Assembly: GCA_964527265.1 (NCBI GenBank)
Contig: CAZGOM010000006.1
Location: forward strand, 3,259-67,258
DNA from: an uncultured Phycisphaeraceae bacterium
GTDB lineage: Bacteria > Planctomycetota > Phycisphaerae > Phycisphaerales > Phycisphaeraceae
Length of the DNA stretch: 64,000 bases
Reading direction: 5' to 3'
The notes under the pieces are model-generated. The model did no database searches. It saw nothing but the letters and a program-made list of their open reading frames with translations, and was not told the DNA's origin. A program made the position numbers and the translations under genes. Within the stretch, counting starts at the first letter, position 1, and the number at the start of each line of letters is the position of its first letter. Of this stretch, positions 16,525-25,876 are shown piece after piece.

Positions 16525-17892
16525 CTATTTTTTCTTTTTCTTGGTTTCGGCCGGTGGGGCGGGGGCGGCGGGCAGGGGTTTTTTAGGGGGTTCTTTGACT
16601 TCGGGTTTGAGGGCCTGGCCTTGAAATTCCTTGTCGGGGAAGAAGGCAGCGGTGGCGCCGATGAGGAGGGCGAGGCGGTCCTCGTGGTTGGTGAGGGTGG
16701 CGAGCTGCTTGAGGAGTTTTTCGTGGCCGTTGGCGAGGACGGTTTGTTTGCCGATCATCTCAAAGAGGATGAGGCGGGTGGGGCCTTTGGATTGCCTTGC
16801 GGTGATCCAGGCGGTTTCAAGGTCGAGCGCGTCGATCTGTGATTTGCCGATTTCTTCATCGCGGATTTCGCGCCAGACGCGGTCGTGGTCGGCCTCATCG
16901 TAAGCCTGGATCCAGAGCATGCGGGCTTTGGCTTTGTCGCCGGAGACGAAGGTGGCTTCGGCGAGGCGGAGAGTGGTCGTGGCTGCGGTGATGCCCGGTT
17001 CGGTCTTGATTTCGGTGATTTTCTGCAGAGCGGCAGCGGCCTCGGGCTTCATCTTGGCGCGGGTGAAGGTTTCGGCAATCTGAGCGTAGGTGTAAACGCG
17101 CGTGGGGATGTCGTTGATGCTGTCGGTGCGGTCCATGGCTTCGGGGGCGTTACCCGCTTCAGCGAGGCCTTCGGCGAGGCCGGAGAGGAGAAGGTCGCGC
17201 ACGCCGGAGTCTTGAAGAGAAGCGAGGAAGGGGACCGCGCGCTTGGGCTGGTTTTGCTTGCCGATCCACCAGACGATGCGGCGGACGGCGCCGACCTGGC
17301 GGTCGGGGTCATTGGTTTCCATGATGACCTTGAGGGCGGCTTCGGGAGAGCCTTCCAAGCCGAGCTGCATGGCGCGGATGCCGGCTTCGGTGTCCTTTGC
17401 GAGAAGGCGGAGGCGGTTATCGAAGATTTTTTCGGAGGCTTGGAGAGCTTCGGCGTTCTTATCGTTTTTTGCAAGGCGGATGACGACTTCGATGAGGGCC
17501 TTATCGCGGATGGCCGGGTCGGTCATGTTGGCGATGGAGTCCATCGCTTCCTGGGTGCGGCCGAGGCGGGCGTATTCCTTAGCAACCTCAGACCAGGCGA
17601 GCTCACGCTCGTAGAGATTGACCTGATCGATCCATTCCTTGGCTTTATCGAAACGCTGAGCGCGGACCGCGACGGCGCAGAGTTTGACGTAAAGGAGTGA
17701 GCGGTTGCGCTTGGTGGTGGCCAGATCAGCTTCTTCGTGCGCGGCCTGGAGCCACCATTGCGGATCGGTGACTTTGGGAGATTCCAGGATGGGGTGGGGG
17801 ACTGGATTGATTTCGGTGGCACTGGTCGCGTGAAATGGAGCCAGCGTGAACAGGAGAAGGGCAACGCAGATGTGTTTAGTGAGGTTGGGCAA
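16525..17892 (-). CDS. secreted alpha-helical repeat (TPR/HEAT-like) hypothetical protein
   Basis: 455-aa ORF with an apparent TTG start. Signal-like HICVALLLFTLAPFHATSA, then helical A/L/E/K-rich repeats and a Lys/Pro-rich C-terminal tail. Confidence 0.7.
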   Translation of the reverse strand: MPNLTKHICVALLLFTLAPFHATSATEINPVPHPILESPKVTDPQWWLQAAHEEADLATTKRNRSLLYVKLCAVAVRAQRFDKAKEWIDQVNLYERELAWSEVAKEYARLGRTQEAMDSIANMTDPAIRDKALIEVVIRLAKNDKNAEALQASEKIFDNRLRLLAKDTEAGIRAMQLGLEGSPEAALKVIMETNDPDRQVGAVRRIVWWIGKQNQPKRAVPFLASLQDSGVRDLLLSGLAEGLAEAGNAPEAMDRTDSINDIPTRVYTYAQIAETFTRAKMKPEAAAALQKITEIKTEPGITAATTTLRLAEATFVSGDKAKARMLWIQAYDEADHDRVWREIRDEEIGKSQIDALDLETAWITARQSKGPTRLILFEMIGKQTVLANGHEKLLKQLATLTNHEDRLALLIGATAAFFPDKEFQGQALKPEVKEPPKKPLPAAPAPPAETKKKKK

Positions 17893-17964
17893 AGTAAGAG
17901 TAGTCTATACCGGGAAGCGATTTGAAGTCATCAGATGTGAGGATGAGGCCGTTTACTGATTGCA

Positions 17965-18171
17965 ATGCTTAAGTGGAGATGCAGGATGGGTGGTTGGACT
18001 GTGGCGGCGATTCTGGTGTTGGTTTCGATCGTGGTGTCAATGGTGAGCTATGTCACGTTTCTGATGACGGGAGCGAAGTTGGCGGCGGCGCTTGGGGTGT
18101 CTGGGCTGGGGATGGCCGTGGCCGTGCTGCTGGGGGCGTTTGTGGTGAGGTTTGGAGTGAAGCGAAAGTAG
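17965..18171 (+). CDS. possible small two-helix membrane protein
   Basis: The 61-68-aa ORF encodes two clear hydrophobic helices (WTVAAILVLVSIVVSMVSYVTFL and LGVSGLGMAVAVLLGAFVV) and ends in KRK. GGAG lies 8 nt upstream of the internal ATG at 17986. The ORF sits alone between two minus-strand genes. Confidence 0.35.
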   Translation: MLKWRCRMGGWTVAAILVLVSIVVSMVSYVTFLMTGAKLAAALGVSGLGMAVAVLLGAFVVRFGVKRK

Positions 18172-18201
18172 CTTCTTTCAGCGGTCTTTTTAACGGATCT
18201 T

Positions 18202-19095
18202 TTACCGGTCGAGAAGTTCGCGGCCAGTGCCGTCGTTGAGGGGGTTGAAGGAGACGACGGGGACGCTGAGGCCGTTGGTGTAGACGCGGCTCCAAGGCGC
18301 ATTCCAGTTGCTGGGGAGAGGGTAGTCGTCGAAGGCGATGAGTTCATCGCGGCGGAGGAAGTAGCCGTGGCCGTCGGCCATGGTCATGGGTATGCCTTCG
18401 CCTTCGTGGCGGTATTCTTCGGGGTTGGGGGTGAAGGAGGGGAGGCTGGTGGTGGTGCCGAGGATGTGGAGGAGGGGGCGGACGTAGGCGGTGGTATCCA
18501 TGCCGAAGCCGCCAGGGGAGGGGCTGCAGAAGGTGACGGCGAGGAGTGTGGGGTGGCGCTCGACGCGGGCCATGGTGGTTTTCATGGGTCCCCAGTAGCC
18601 CCACGAAGTGCTGCCGGAGGCGGAGAGCATGCCGGGGTTTTGGGTCCAGTTTCCAGCGGCGTAACCTGATTGGAGAACGGCGCCGTTGAGCTGGTAGCTG
18701 GTTTTGGCGGCGTAGCTGGAGGCGGGGATGATAGCGACGGCGCCGGCGCTGCCGACGGAGGTGGAGTAGGTTTTCGGGCCGTACGGGCAGCCGCCTTTGG
18801 AGGTGAAGGCGTTTTTGGTGATGTAAGCGCCTTTTTCGAGGGCGTCCTGATAGTTGATGGTGGGGTTGGGGTCGCGGAAGGGGTAGGAGAAGGGGTAATA
18901 CTGGCGGTTGTCGTTGGTGTAGAGGGTGACGGAGAGATTGACGGCGCGTGAGCCGCCCATACAGACGGCTTTGCGTGCGGCGGTGCGGGCTTTGTTGAGA
19001 GATGGGAGGAGGATGGAGATGAGAGCGGCGATGATGGTGATGACGAGGAGGAGCTCAACGATGGTGAAGGCGGTGGGGCGGCGGTATGGGTTCAT
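18202..19095 (-). CDS. prepilin-type N-terminal cleavage/methylation domain protein (DUF1559-like)
   Basis: N-terminus MNPYRRPTAFTIVELLLVITIIAALISILLPSLNKARTAARK matches the type IV pilin-like leader plus hydrophobic helix. The architecture is typical of the PVC DUF1559 family. Confidence 0.9.
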   Translation of the reverse strand: MNPYRRPTAFTIVELLLVITIIAALISILLPSLNKARTAARKAVCMGGSRAVNLSVTLYTNDNRQYYPFSYPFRDPNPTINYQDALEKGAYITKNAFTSKGGCPYGPKTYSTSVGSAGAVAIIPASSYAAKTSYQLNGAVLQSGYAAGNWTQNPGMLSASGSTSWGYWGPMKTTMARVERHPTLLAVTFCSPSPGGFGMDTTAYVRPLLHILGTTTSLPSFTPNPEEYRHEGEGIPMTMADGHGYFLRRDELIAFDDYPLPSNWNAPWSRVYTNGLSVPVVSFNPLNDGTGRELLDR

Positions 19096-19199
19096 GTTAC
19101 GGATTCCAAGAGATGGCGGGCGGGGATGATTTGAGCGGCGGATTATGTGAAGTCGTGTGCGTGTCGATAAGCCATTCTGGCGTTTTTGAATGTTTTAGC

Positions 19200-19228
19200 A
19201 TTACCTAAACCGATGCTTTTTTTGTCAA
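19200..19228 (-). promoter_or_regulatory. sigma70-like promoter (TTGACA-17-GGTAAT) for the 18202..19095 gene
   Basis: Read on the reverse strand as TTGACAaaaaaagcatcggtttaGGTAAT, about 100 nt upstream of the ATG. Confidence 0.4.
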
Positions 19229-19334
19229 AACCGATTTGATTACGGGCAGATGGAAATGGGTTTGCGTAAGTGAGATGATTGGCGTGGGAGAGGCCGACGA
19301 GTATTATTTATGGGTAATGTTATAACCAAGGGGA

Positions 19335-20420
19335 GTGGACGTGAGATACGGCGTTGTTCTGATTTGCGTATCGTTGATCTGCACGGCGAATGTTTACGTA
19401 AAAGCGGATGGGCCGCCAGCGGGCGAAAAATCAGCTTCGACCAAGCCGGCAGCGACGAGCAAGCCCGCGGCAGCCAAGCCCGCGACAGCCAAGGAGTGGA
19501 GAGTTGAGACGGATATCGCCTACGTCGAGGGTGGAGACAAGGCGCAGGTGCTGGATTTGTATTTGCCAGAGAACAAGCCGGGGACGCCGCTGCCGGTGGT
19601 GTTGTGGATTCATGGGGGCGGTTGGAAGGCGGGGAGCAAGTCGGGCGGGCCGTTCATGTATCTGATGAAGCATGGTTATGCGGTGGCGAGCGTGGAGTAC
19701 CGGTTCAGCAAAGTGGCGAGGTTCCCGGCGCAGATTCAGGATTGTCAGGCGGCGGTGCGGTGGGTCCGGGCCAACAGCGGGAAATACAACCTGGACAGCG
19801 CCCATGTGGGGGTGTGGGGAGCATCGGCGGGAGGACATCTGGCGGCGCTGGTGGGGACGACCGGGGGAAAGAAGGAGTTTGCGCCGATCGGGGGGAATGA
19901 GAAGCAGTCTGACAAGGTGCTTGCCGTGGTGGATTTCTATGGGCCGGCGAATTTCAACACGTTGAAGGAGCATGCCCAGGCGGACCCCAATTCGATACGA
20001 AAGTTCACGATTCCGGGGGACAATGCGTCGAACCTGATCGGAGTGAATCTGGGGGAGGACAAGGCCAAGGAAGCCGCAGCGAGCCCAGTGCATTATGTGG
20101 GCAAGGATTCACCTGCGTTTTTAATTCTTCACGGTGATGAGGACCACCTGGTGCCGATGGCGCAGAGCGTGGAATTGTATGAGACCTTAAAGAAGGCGGG
20201 GGTGGAGGCGACGTTTCAGAAGATGCCGGGATCGGGGCATGGGAGTGCGAAGTTTGCGGCGGCTGAGGCGCAGGGGTTGATCCTGGCGTTTTTCGATAAG
20301 CATTTGAAGGGGAAGGACGTGAAGGTGGAGGCGCTGCCGGAGGAAGTGATGAGATTAAAGCCGGCGCCGGTGAAGGCGCCCGACAACAAGACAACGGCAC
20401 CACCGGTTGAGGAGATGTGA
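19335..20420 (+). CDS. secreted alpha/beta hydrolase (esterase/lipase-like)
   Basis: Signal peptide, oxyanion motif HGGGW (WIHGGGWKAG), nucleophile elbow GASAGG, and late HGDEDHLVP and H blocks. Confidence 0.85.
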   Translation: MDVRYGVVLICVSLICTANVYVKADGPPAGEKSASTKPAATSKPAAAKPATAKEWRVETDIAYVEGGDKAQVLDLYLPENKPGTPLPVVLWIHGGGWKAGSKSGGPFMYLMKHGYAVASVEYRFSKVARFPAQIQDCQAAVRWVRANSGKYNLDSAHVGVWGASAGGHLAALVGTTGGKKEFAPIGGNEKQSDKVLAVVDFYGPANFNTLKEHAQADPNSIRKFTIPGDNASNLIGVNLGEDKAKEAAASPVHYVGKDSPAFLILHGDEDHLVPMAQSVELYETLKKAGVEATFQKMPGSGHGSAKFAAAEAQGLILAFFDKHLKGKDVKVEALPEEVMRLKPAPVKAPDNKTTAPPVEEM

Positions 20421-20502
20421 CGAGCGAATGGGCTGGAGGGAGGAAGCAGAAATTGATTGTTCGAATCATTTCCGCGTGTTGAAGGCAGCCCCTGAGGGTC
20501 CA

Positions 20503-20526
20503 GCCCTCTCCCAAAGGGAGAGGGGC
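20503..20526. terminator. GC-rich hairpin between convergent genes (no T-run)
   Basis: CCCTCTCCC-AAA-GGGAGAGGG, a 9-bp stem. Confidence 0.3.
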
Positions 20527-20549
20527 AAGAAAGGCGATAGCCTGCAGGT

Positions 20550-21560
20550 TTAATACTTGCCGCGGATGAGGGGGGAGATTTCTTTGTTGTAGAGGGCTTC
20601 AAGCTGGTCGTGCTGGGCTTGGGAGAGAGGGGGGAGGCCGGAGGCTTTGACGTTGGACTCGGCCTGGGCGAGCTTGGTGGCGCCGGGGATGACGCTGGTG
20701 ACCTGGGGGTAATCCAAAATCCAGCGAAGGGAGAGATCGGCCATGGCGGCTTCACCCTGAGGCTTGAGGATGGCTTTGACCTTTTCGGCGAGGGCGACGC
20801 CTTTTTCAAAGGGAATGCCGGCGAAGGTTTCGCCGGCGTTGAAGGCTTTGCCGTCGGCGTTGTAATTGCGGTGGTCGTTGGCGGCGAAGGTGTTGGCGAC
20901 GGATTGGCCGGGTTTGAACTTGCCGGCGAGGATGCCGCTGGCGAGAGGGACGCGGGCGAGGATGCCGACATTGGCCTTGGCGGCGGCGGGGAGAAGCTGG
21001 GAGACGAGCTTCTGGCGGAAGATGTTGAAGATGACCTGCAGTGAAGCGCAGCCCTTGTGCTTGATGCAGATGAGGCCTTCCTCAACGGATTCAACGCTGG
21101 TGCCCCAATTCTGGATGAGGCCTTCACGGCGGAGGTTTTCGAGGATGTCGAGCGCTTCGCCGGACTTCATGACTTCGGTGGGGATGGTGTGCCATTGCTG
21201 GAGGAAGAGGGAGTCGACACCGAGGCGCTTCAAGGAGTCAATGGTGTGCTGACGTGCGGTTTTGGCGGTGAAGTTCTGGGGTTGGCCGTAGGGTTTATCG
21301 CCGCGGCGGCCGAGTTTGGTAGCGACGAAGGCCTTGGCTTTGGATTGCTTGAGCCATTTGCCGATGAGGGTTTCGGAACGGCCGCCGCCGTAGACGTCGG
21401 CCGTGTCGAAGAAGTTGACGCCCAGGTCGTAGGATTTCTGGAGGATGGCGACGGCGTCGTCATCGGAGAGGTTACCCCAGTCGGAGCCGCCGAGCTGCCA
21501 GGTGCCGAGGCCGACTTCGGAGATACGGGCACCGGTTTTGCCGAGGACGCGATATTTCAT
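20550..21560 (-). CDS. aldo/keto reductase
   Basis: MKYRVLGKTGARISEVGLGTWQLGG, NFFDTADVYGGGRSE and IPGATK blocks. I chose the start at the internal Met (top coordinate 21560, preceded by CCCC) over the ORF-track start at 21647. Confidence 0.9.
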   Translation of the reverse strand: MKYRVLGKTGARISEVGLGTWQLGGSDWGNLSDDDAVAILQKSYDLGVNFFDTADVYGGGRSETLIGKWLKQSKAKAFVATKLGRRGDKPYGQPQNFTAKTARQHTIDSLKRLGVDSLFLQQWHTIPTEVMKSGEALDILENLRREGLIQNWGTSVESVEEGLICIKHKGCASLQVIFNIFRQKLVSQLLPAAAKANVGILARVPLASGILAGKFKPGQSVANTFAANDHRNYNADGKAFNAGETFAGIPFEKGVALAEKVKAILKPQGEAAMADLSLRWILDYPQVTSVIPGATKLAQAESNVKASGLPPLSQAQHDQLEALYNKEISPLIRGKY

Positions 21561-22008
21561 GGGGAATCCTTTTGTCTGGGGAGTTGTTTTATGGAGAAGA
21601 GGAATTGTAGTTGTTTTTGGGTACATGAGGACGCGGTGTGAAGGCAAATCGGGTTTGCGGATGCAGAGGGTTCAGTCTGGGATTAAGTTTGATGAGCAAT
21701 GGGGAATACGCTTGTTTGCCATGCGTTTGAAGCACGTTTGTAAAGAACGGCTCAATGAAAGCACGAATGCATTTTGATGAATTTTTAGGAATGGGAGAGC
21801 GAGCGGAATTGCATGATTGCACGGGGCAGGGTGGGCTGGGATGGGAGCGGAGTCAGGGGGGATCTTCCACAATTCCGGAAAAGTTTCGGGAGGGACTTGA
21901 AAGAGTGGATAAGGTTGAGGCAGAATGGGGCGGAGGTCAGTAGGACTCTCATGTCGTCTGTGTCTTGAATTTCGACAGGCCGAGTAACTCCCAGGTCAGG
22001 AGGCCCGC

Positions 22009-23064
22009 ATGCGCCGGTCTTACATCGTCTCTTTTCTCCTTGTGGTGTTTGTGGCATGCGTGGGTGCGCAGGCGGTGATGCTGGTGCAGGAATCCGTGCC
22101 GGTGGAGCCGACGTTGACGCTGGGTGTGCCGCGGCGTGTGACGACGCCAATCTTGACGGGTCGGCAGGATTCGACACGGGTATCCATGGGGGATGTGGAA
22201 CAGGGGAAGACCAAACTGCTGGGGGAACTGGAAGAACCGCTGGGGACATGGACGCTGATTGAAGGAGAGATGCTGGGGCGTGAGAGTAAGACTGCACCGG
22301 TGATATTCAATGTGTATCGAATGAACGGGAAATGGCTGAGCACGCCTAAAGCGATCGAGCTGTTTGACGGGGCGAGCATGCAGGGGCCGATTTCGACAAT
22401 CGGGAATCTGCAAAAGGGGCAGTTCTATCGGCTGGTGGGGTATGAGCATGTGTGGTTTGAAGGGCCGGAGTGGGTGTATCAAGGGTATGAGGATGCTTCA
22501 GCGCCGAAGGCCGATTCGGTGGCGGTGAATTTTGTGCCTGTGACATGCGAGCCGATGTCGCGCTTGATAGAAAGCCTGGAAAAGGGGGTGGGGCAGGCAG
22601 TGACGGTGGTTGGGGTGGCCAAGTCAGAACGGGGGTCGGCGTTTGTCTTAGAGCGGAATCAGATGGTGCTGGTCGACCCGGCGGATGGATGGCCCAAGGA
22701 TTGGGAAGGGAAAGAAGTGCAGGTGCAGGGGGCGCTGAGCAAGGACGCGGACCTGAAGTACTACACACTGACGGCGAACTTGAAAGAACTGGTGGGGCTT
22801 GAAGGGCAGGTTGGCAGGCCGGTGCGCCTGCGCGGACTGATGTGGGTGGGGCGGACGCCAGTGTTTCTCTATCGTGGGACGCCGGTGTACCTGGCGGGCG
22901 AATGGCCAGCCACGCTGCATGGGCAGAAGGTGGTGATCGAAGGGCAACTGGAATCGGTACCGGCCAAGGAGATGGCGAACGTGTCGACGTTCGGGCGGCA
23001 GGGAGAAGTGGCTTACAAGTTGACTGCGGTGAAGATTACGCCTGCTTCGACGGCGGACCGATAA
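22009..23064 (+). CDS. secreted hypothetical protein
   Basis: AGGAGG lies upstream. Signal peptide MRRSYIVSFLLVVFVACVGAQA. No family recognised. Confidence 0.65.
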   Translation: MRRSYIVSFLLVVFVACVGAQAVMLVQESVPVEPTLTLGVPRRVTTPILTGRQDSTRVSMGDVEQGKTKLLGELEEPLGTWTLIEGEMLGRESKTAPVIFNVYRMNGKWLSTPKAIELFDGASMQGPISTIGNLQKGQFYRLVGYEHVWFEGPEWVYQGYEDASAPKADSVAVNFVPVTCEPMSRLIESLEKGVGQAVTVVGVAKSERGSAFVLERNQMVLVDPADGWPKDWEGKEVQVQGALSKDADLKYYTLTANLKELVGLEGQVGRPVRLRGLMWVGRTPVFLYRGTPVYLAGEWPATLHGQKVVIEGQLESVPAKEMANVSTFGRQGEVAYKLTAVKITPASTADR

Positions 23065-23121
23065 GCCGAAGGCGGTTTGTGGTAAGAGCAGTGGAAGCAG
23101 CGAGTAGAGCAAGGGACCGCA

Positions 23122-24567
23122 TCAGGCCAACTCGTAGCTCCAGATGGTGGCCATGGTGAGGCCGATGCGGAGGCGGAGGGATTTGCCTTTGAGGGAGGCG
23201 ATGTTTTTGCCTTTCCAGGTGAGTTCATGGCGGGGGTTGTTGCCGGTGAAAGGATCGCAGTCGGCACAGGAGAAGCCGGGGAGGATGCGGCCGCCGGGCT
23301 CGCGGGCGTCGAACTCGACGAGTTCCGCGATGACGGAGCCGATAGGGGCGGTCTGGGCATCGATGTAGAGGTGGTCCGCGTCGATGGTGAAGGGGTGGGT
23401 GAGGAGTGCGCCGAGGGTTTTATCGCCGCGGCGACCGATGAGACGACCATGCTTGAAAGTGAGGAGGCCGACGCCTTCATTAGAGGCGTCCTGGCCGGTG
23501 CTGTCGTTGTGGAACTTGGGGCGGCCGACATAGTACATACGGAGATCTCCATCGACCCAGAGGGGGTTGTAGCAGTTGAAGACCATGGCGGAGTCGAACT
23601 CTGTATCGCCGCCGCGCTCGAAGAGGCGCTGGCGGGAGGGGAGGCGGTCGAAGCGGACGCCGTTGCGGGAGAAGGAGAGGTGCATGTCCATGGTTTCGCG
23701 GTGGGGGTGGTATTCGGAGAGGAGGCCGAACATGACACCGTCCTGGTAGAAGGGATTTAAGCCGTAGTGTTCGTAATGATCGGCTTCGTCGGGGTAGAAG
23801 AGGTTGCGGGGCTCTGACCAGTTGTAGAGGTCTGTGCTGTAGCAGGCGGCGATGCGGCGGCGGGTGTTGCCTTTGATCCAACCCCAGGCTGCGCAGTCCC
23901 ACGGGCGTTCGTAGAGGAAGTAGCCGGGGCCGAAGGGGTTTTTGATGATGGTGTTGTTGGAGTCGGATTCGCCGAAGATGAAAGGGTTTCTGGGGTCTGG
24001 TGTCCAGGTGATGCCGTCGGGCGAGTGGGTGTAGCCGTGACCGCCGTGCTGGGTGGAGTACCACTGGCAATAGAACGAGGTGAATTTGCGGGCGGGGTCG
24101 TTTGGGAAGAGGTTTTGCATGACGCAGGAGGCGAGGGATTCGGAGTGGCCGGCGTCGACAACATTGGTACCGGCGAGGGGGCCGGAGGTGAGCATATGAG
24201 GAGTGAAGTGAAGACCGTCGTCGCTGGTGGCCAGGGCGGTGGCGGTGACGGCGTCGGTGGGTGTGGCGTTTTTAAACCATTCGTCGAGGGCTTGAATGCC
24301 CTGTGCGCGGGCTTTGGTCTGGGAGGCCATGCCCTGAAGGTTGCAGAGGGTGTACCAGAGGAGGAATTTTCTGGTGGAGAGGTCGTACTGGACTGAGCCG
24401 TAGGAGATCATGCGCCAGGTGTGGTTGATCCAGGGTTTGTAGAGGGGGCCGAGGTGTTTGATGGGAGTGGCCTGGACGCGGCGGACATCCCATGCGTCTG
24501 CAACGAAGCGGTCGTCAAGGAGGAGGCATTTGCGGGAGGGGGAGGGCGGGGGGAGGAGTGGGTTCAT
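23122..24567 (-). CDS. predicted beta-propeller glycoside hydrolase-like protein (family not assignable by eye)
   Basis: Recurrent blade signatures: ATSDDGLHFTPH, HSPDGITWTPDPRNP, YSTDLYNWSEP and LSFSRNGVRFDRLP. It is a distant paralog of 59681..61195 and is divergent from an AraC regulator. Confidence 0.7.
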   Translation of the reverse strand: MNPLLPPPSPSRKCLLLDDRFVADAWDVRRVQATPIKHLGPLYKPWINHTWRMISYGSVQYDLSTRKFLLWYTLCNLQGMASQTKARAQGIQALDEWFKNATPTDAVTATALATSDDGLHFTPHMLTSGPLAGTNVVDAGHSESLASCVMQNLFPNDPARKFTSFYCQWYSTQHGGHGYTHSPDGITWTPDPRNPFIFGESDSNNTIIKNPFGPGYFLYERPWDCAAWGWIKGNTRRRIAACYSTDLYNWSEPRNLFYPDEADHYEHYGLNPFYQDGVMFGLLSEYHPHRETMDMHLSFSRNGVRFDRLPSRQRLFERGGDTEFDSAMVFNCYNPLWVDGDLRMYYVGRPKFHNDSTGQDASNEGVGLLTFKHGRLIGRRGDKTLGALLTHPFTIDADHLYIDAQTAPIGSVIAELVEFDAREPGGRILPGFSCADCDPFTGNNPRHELTWKGKNIASLKGKSLRLRIGLTMATIWSYELA

Positions 24568-24568
24568 T

Positions 24569-24603
24569 GGGATGGGTTTTGGGTATTGGGTATTGGGTTC
24601 TGG
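24569..24603 (+). repeat. G3-tract heptad array GGGAT GGGTTTT GGGTATT GGGTATT GGGTTCT GG
   Basis: Read directly. It has five GGG runs with 2-4-nt loops and starts 2 nt from the start codon of the minus-strand gene 23122..24567. Confidence 0.85.
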
Positions 24604-24783
24604 CAGAGAAGAGGGAGCTAGTGATGGATTTGAGATTAGCGGATTGGTCGTGGTGCGGGTATGGAAAAGATTGATGGGAGATGGAGGATGTTGATTGATT
24701 TAATGGGTGGAGGTTTTGAATTATGATTTGAGAAGGTTGTAACTGGTTGTTTTATTTTGAGTTATAGGCTTGGAGGTGGGGCG

Positions 24784-25647
24784 ATGAGCGAGAAGGAATT
24801 GATTGTGGGGTGCCAGCCGGTGCCGGCGGACCCGTTTTTTCGGATTGAGAGCCCGGCGACACATATGCCGTTCCGGGTGCGGGCGCTGGGATATACGGCC
24901 AATTTGCCGAAGCACATGACGCGGGGGACGTATTTTGATGATGCGATGCTGATGGTGTTTGTGTCGGGGAGGGGGACATTTAAGCAGCATGGGCGAGTGC
25001 GGGAGATGACGGCGGGAACTGTGGCGATTGTGCTGCCGGAAGGGGATACGGGCGTGCTGATGAGCGATGAGGATAAGCCGTACGCGCATCTGCATGCGCG
25101 GTTTAACGGGTCGCTGGCGTTGGAAATCGCGCGGCGTGTGGTGAAGGCACGGGGGACGCATATTTTTCATATGGAGGGTTGGCGGGATCTGGCGGCAGTA
25201 TTGAAACGCGGATTGATGGCCTGGCCGGGGTTTGAGTTTGGCGAGCGCACGGAACCGGAGCGGTTCAGGCCGGTGGATGCGAACCTGGCGGAGGCGCTGG
25301 CGATGCTGGATGCGCCGGTGTCGGTGGATGGGCCGGGGATCACACGCGCGAGGCTGGCACAGTACATCCATCAGAGGATTGACGGGCCGATCAATCTAGA
25401 GGAGATGGCGAAGGTGTTTGGAGTGAGTAAGCCGCACTTGTGCCGCGTGGCAAAGCATGAACTGGGAACGACGATTCATGACCATTGGGAGTCTTTGAAA
25501 ATGGCATGGGCGAGAATGTTATTGAAGGATGCGACATTGAGCGTGGGACAGGTGGCGGAGCGATTGGGGTATGCGGACCCGTTTTATTTTTCGAAGGTGT
25601 TTAAGCAGCATGAGGGGCGGAGCCCGGATGTGTGGAGGAGGGGGTGA
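24784..25647 (+). CDS. AraC family transcriptional regulator
   Basis: Cupin-like N-domain plus the C-terminal double HTH (LEEMAKVFGVSKPHLCRVAKHELG ... VGQVAERLGYADPFYFSKVFKQHEGRSP). Confidence 0.85.
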   Translation: MSEKELIVGCQPVPADPFFRIESPATHMPFRVRALGYTANLPKHMTRGTYFDDAMLMVFVSGRGTFKQHGRVREMTAGTVAIVLPEGDTGVLMSDEDKPYAHLHARFNGSLALEIARRVVKARGTHIFHMEGWRDLAAVLKRGLMAWPGFEFGERTEPERFRPVDANLAEALAMLDAPVSVDGPGITRARLAQYIHQRIDGPINLEEMAKVFGVSKPHLCRVAKHELGTTIHDHWESLKMAWARMLLKDATLSVGQVAERLGYADPFYFSKVFKQHEGRSPDVWRRG

Positions 25648-25876
25648 ACCGGCAGGAGCCGGTCTCCCGCGTCCTGTGTCTTGCGTCCAAGATGATTGAA
25701 GACGTCGAAAAGCAAAGATTCCAGAGGGAGTGCGATGTCTAAGCCCCTTTTTTACGGCACGAACGGCTGCATATGTTGATGCAGATGAGGGAGGAACTGA
25801 GGGCTGAATCAGGGGAGTGATGGGTCGGGTTGGGCCTATGATCGTGCATAAAGACGCTATGCACAGGAGGCGGGCC

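Noticed and set aside
20216-21127. 303-aa and 169-aa minus-strand ORFs overlapping the esterase 3' end and the second AKR.
   Set aside because: Off-frame S/P/A-rich shadows. The AKR frame has the family motifs.
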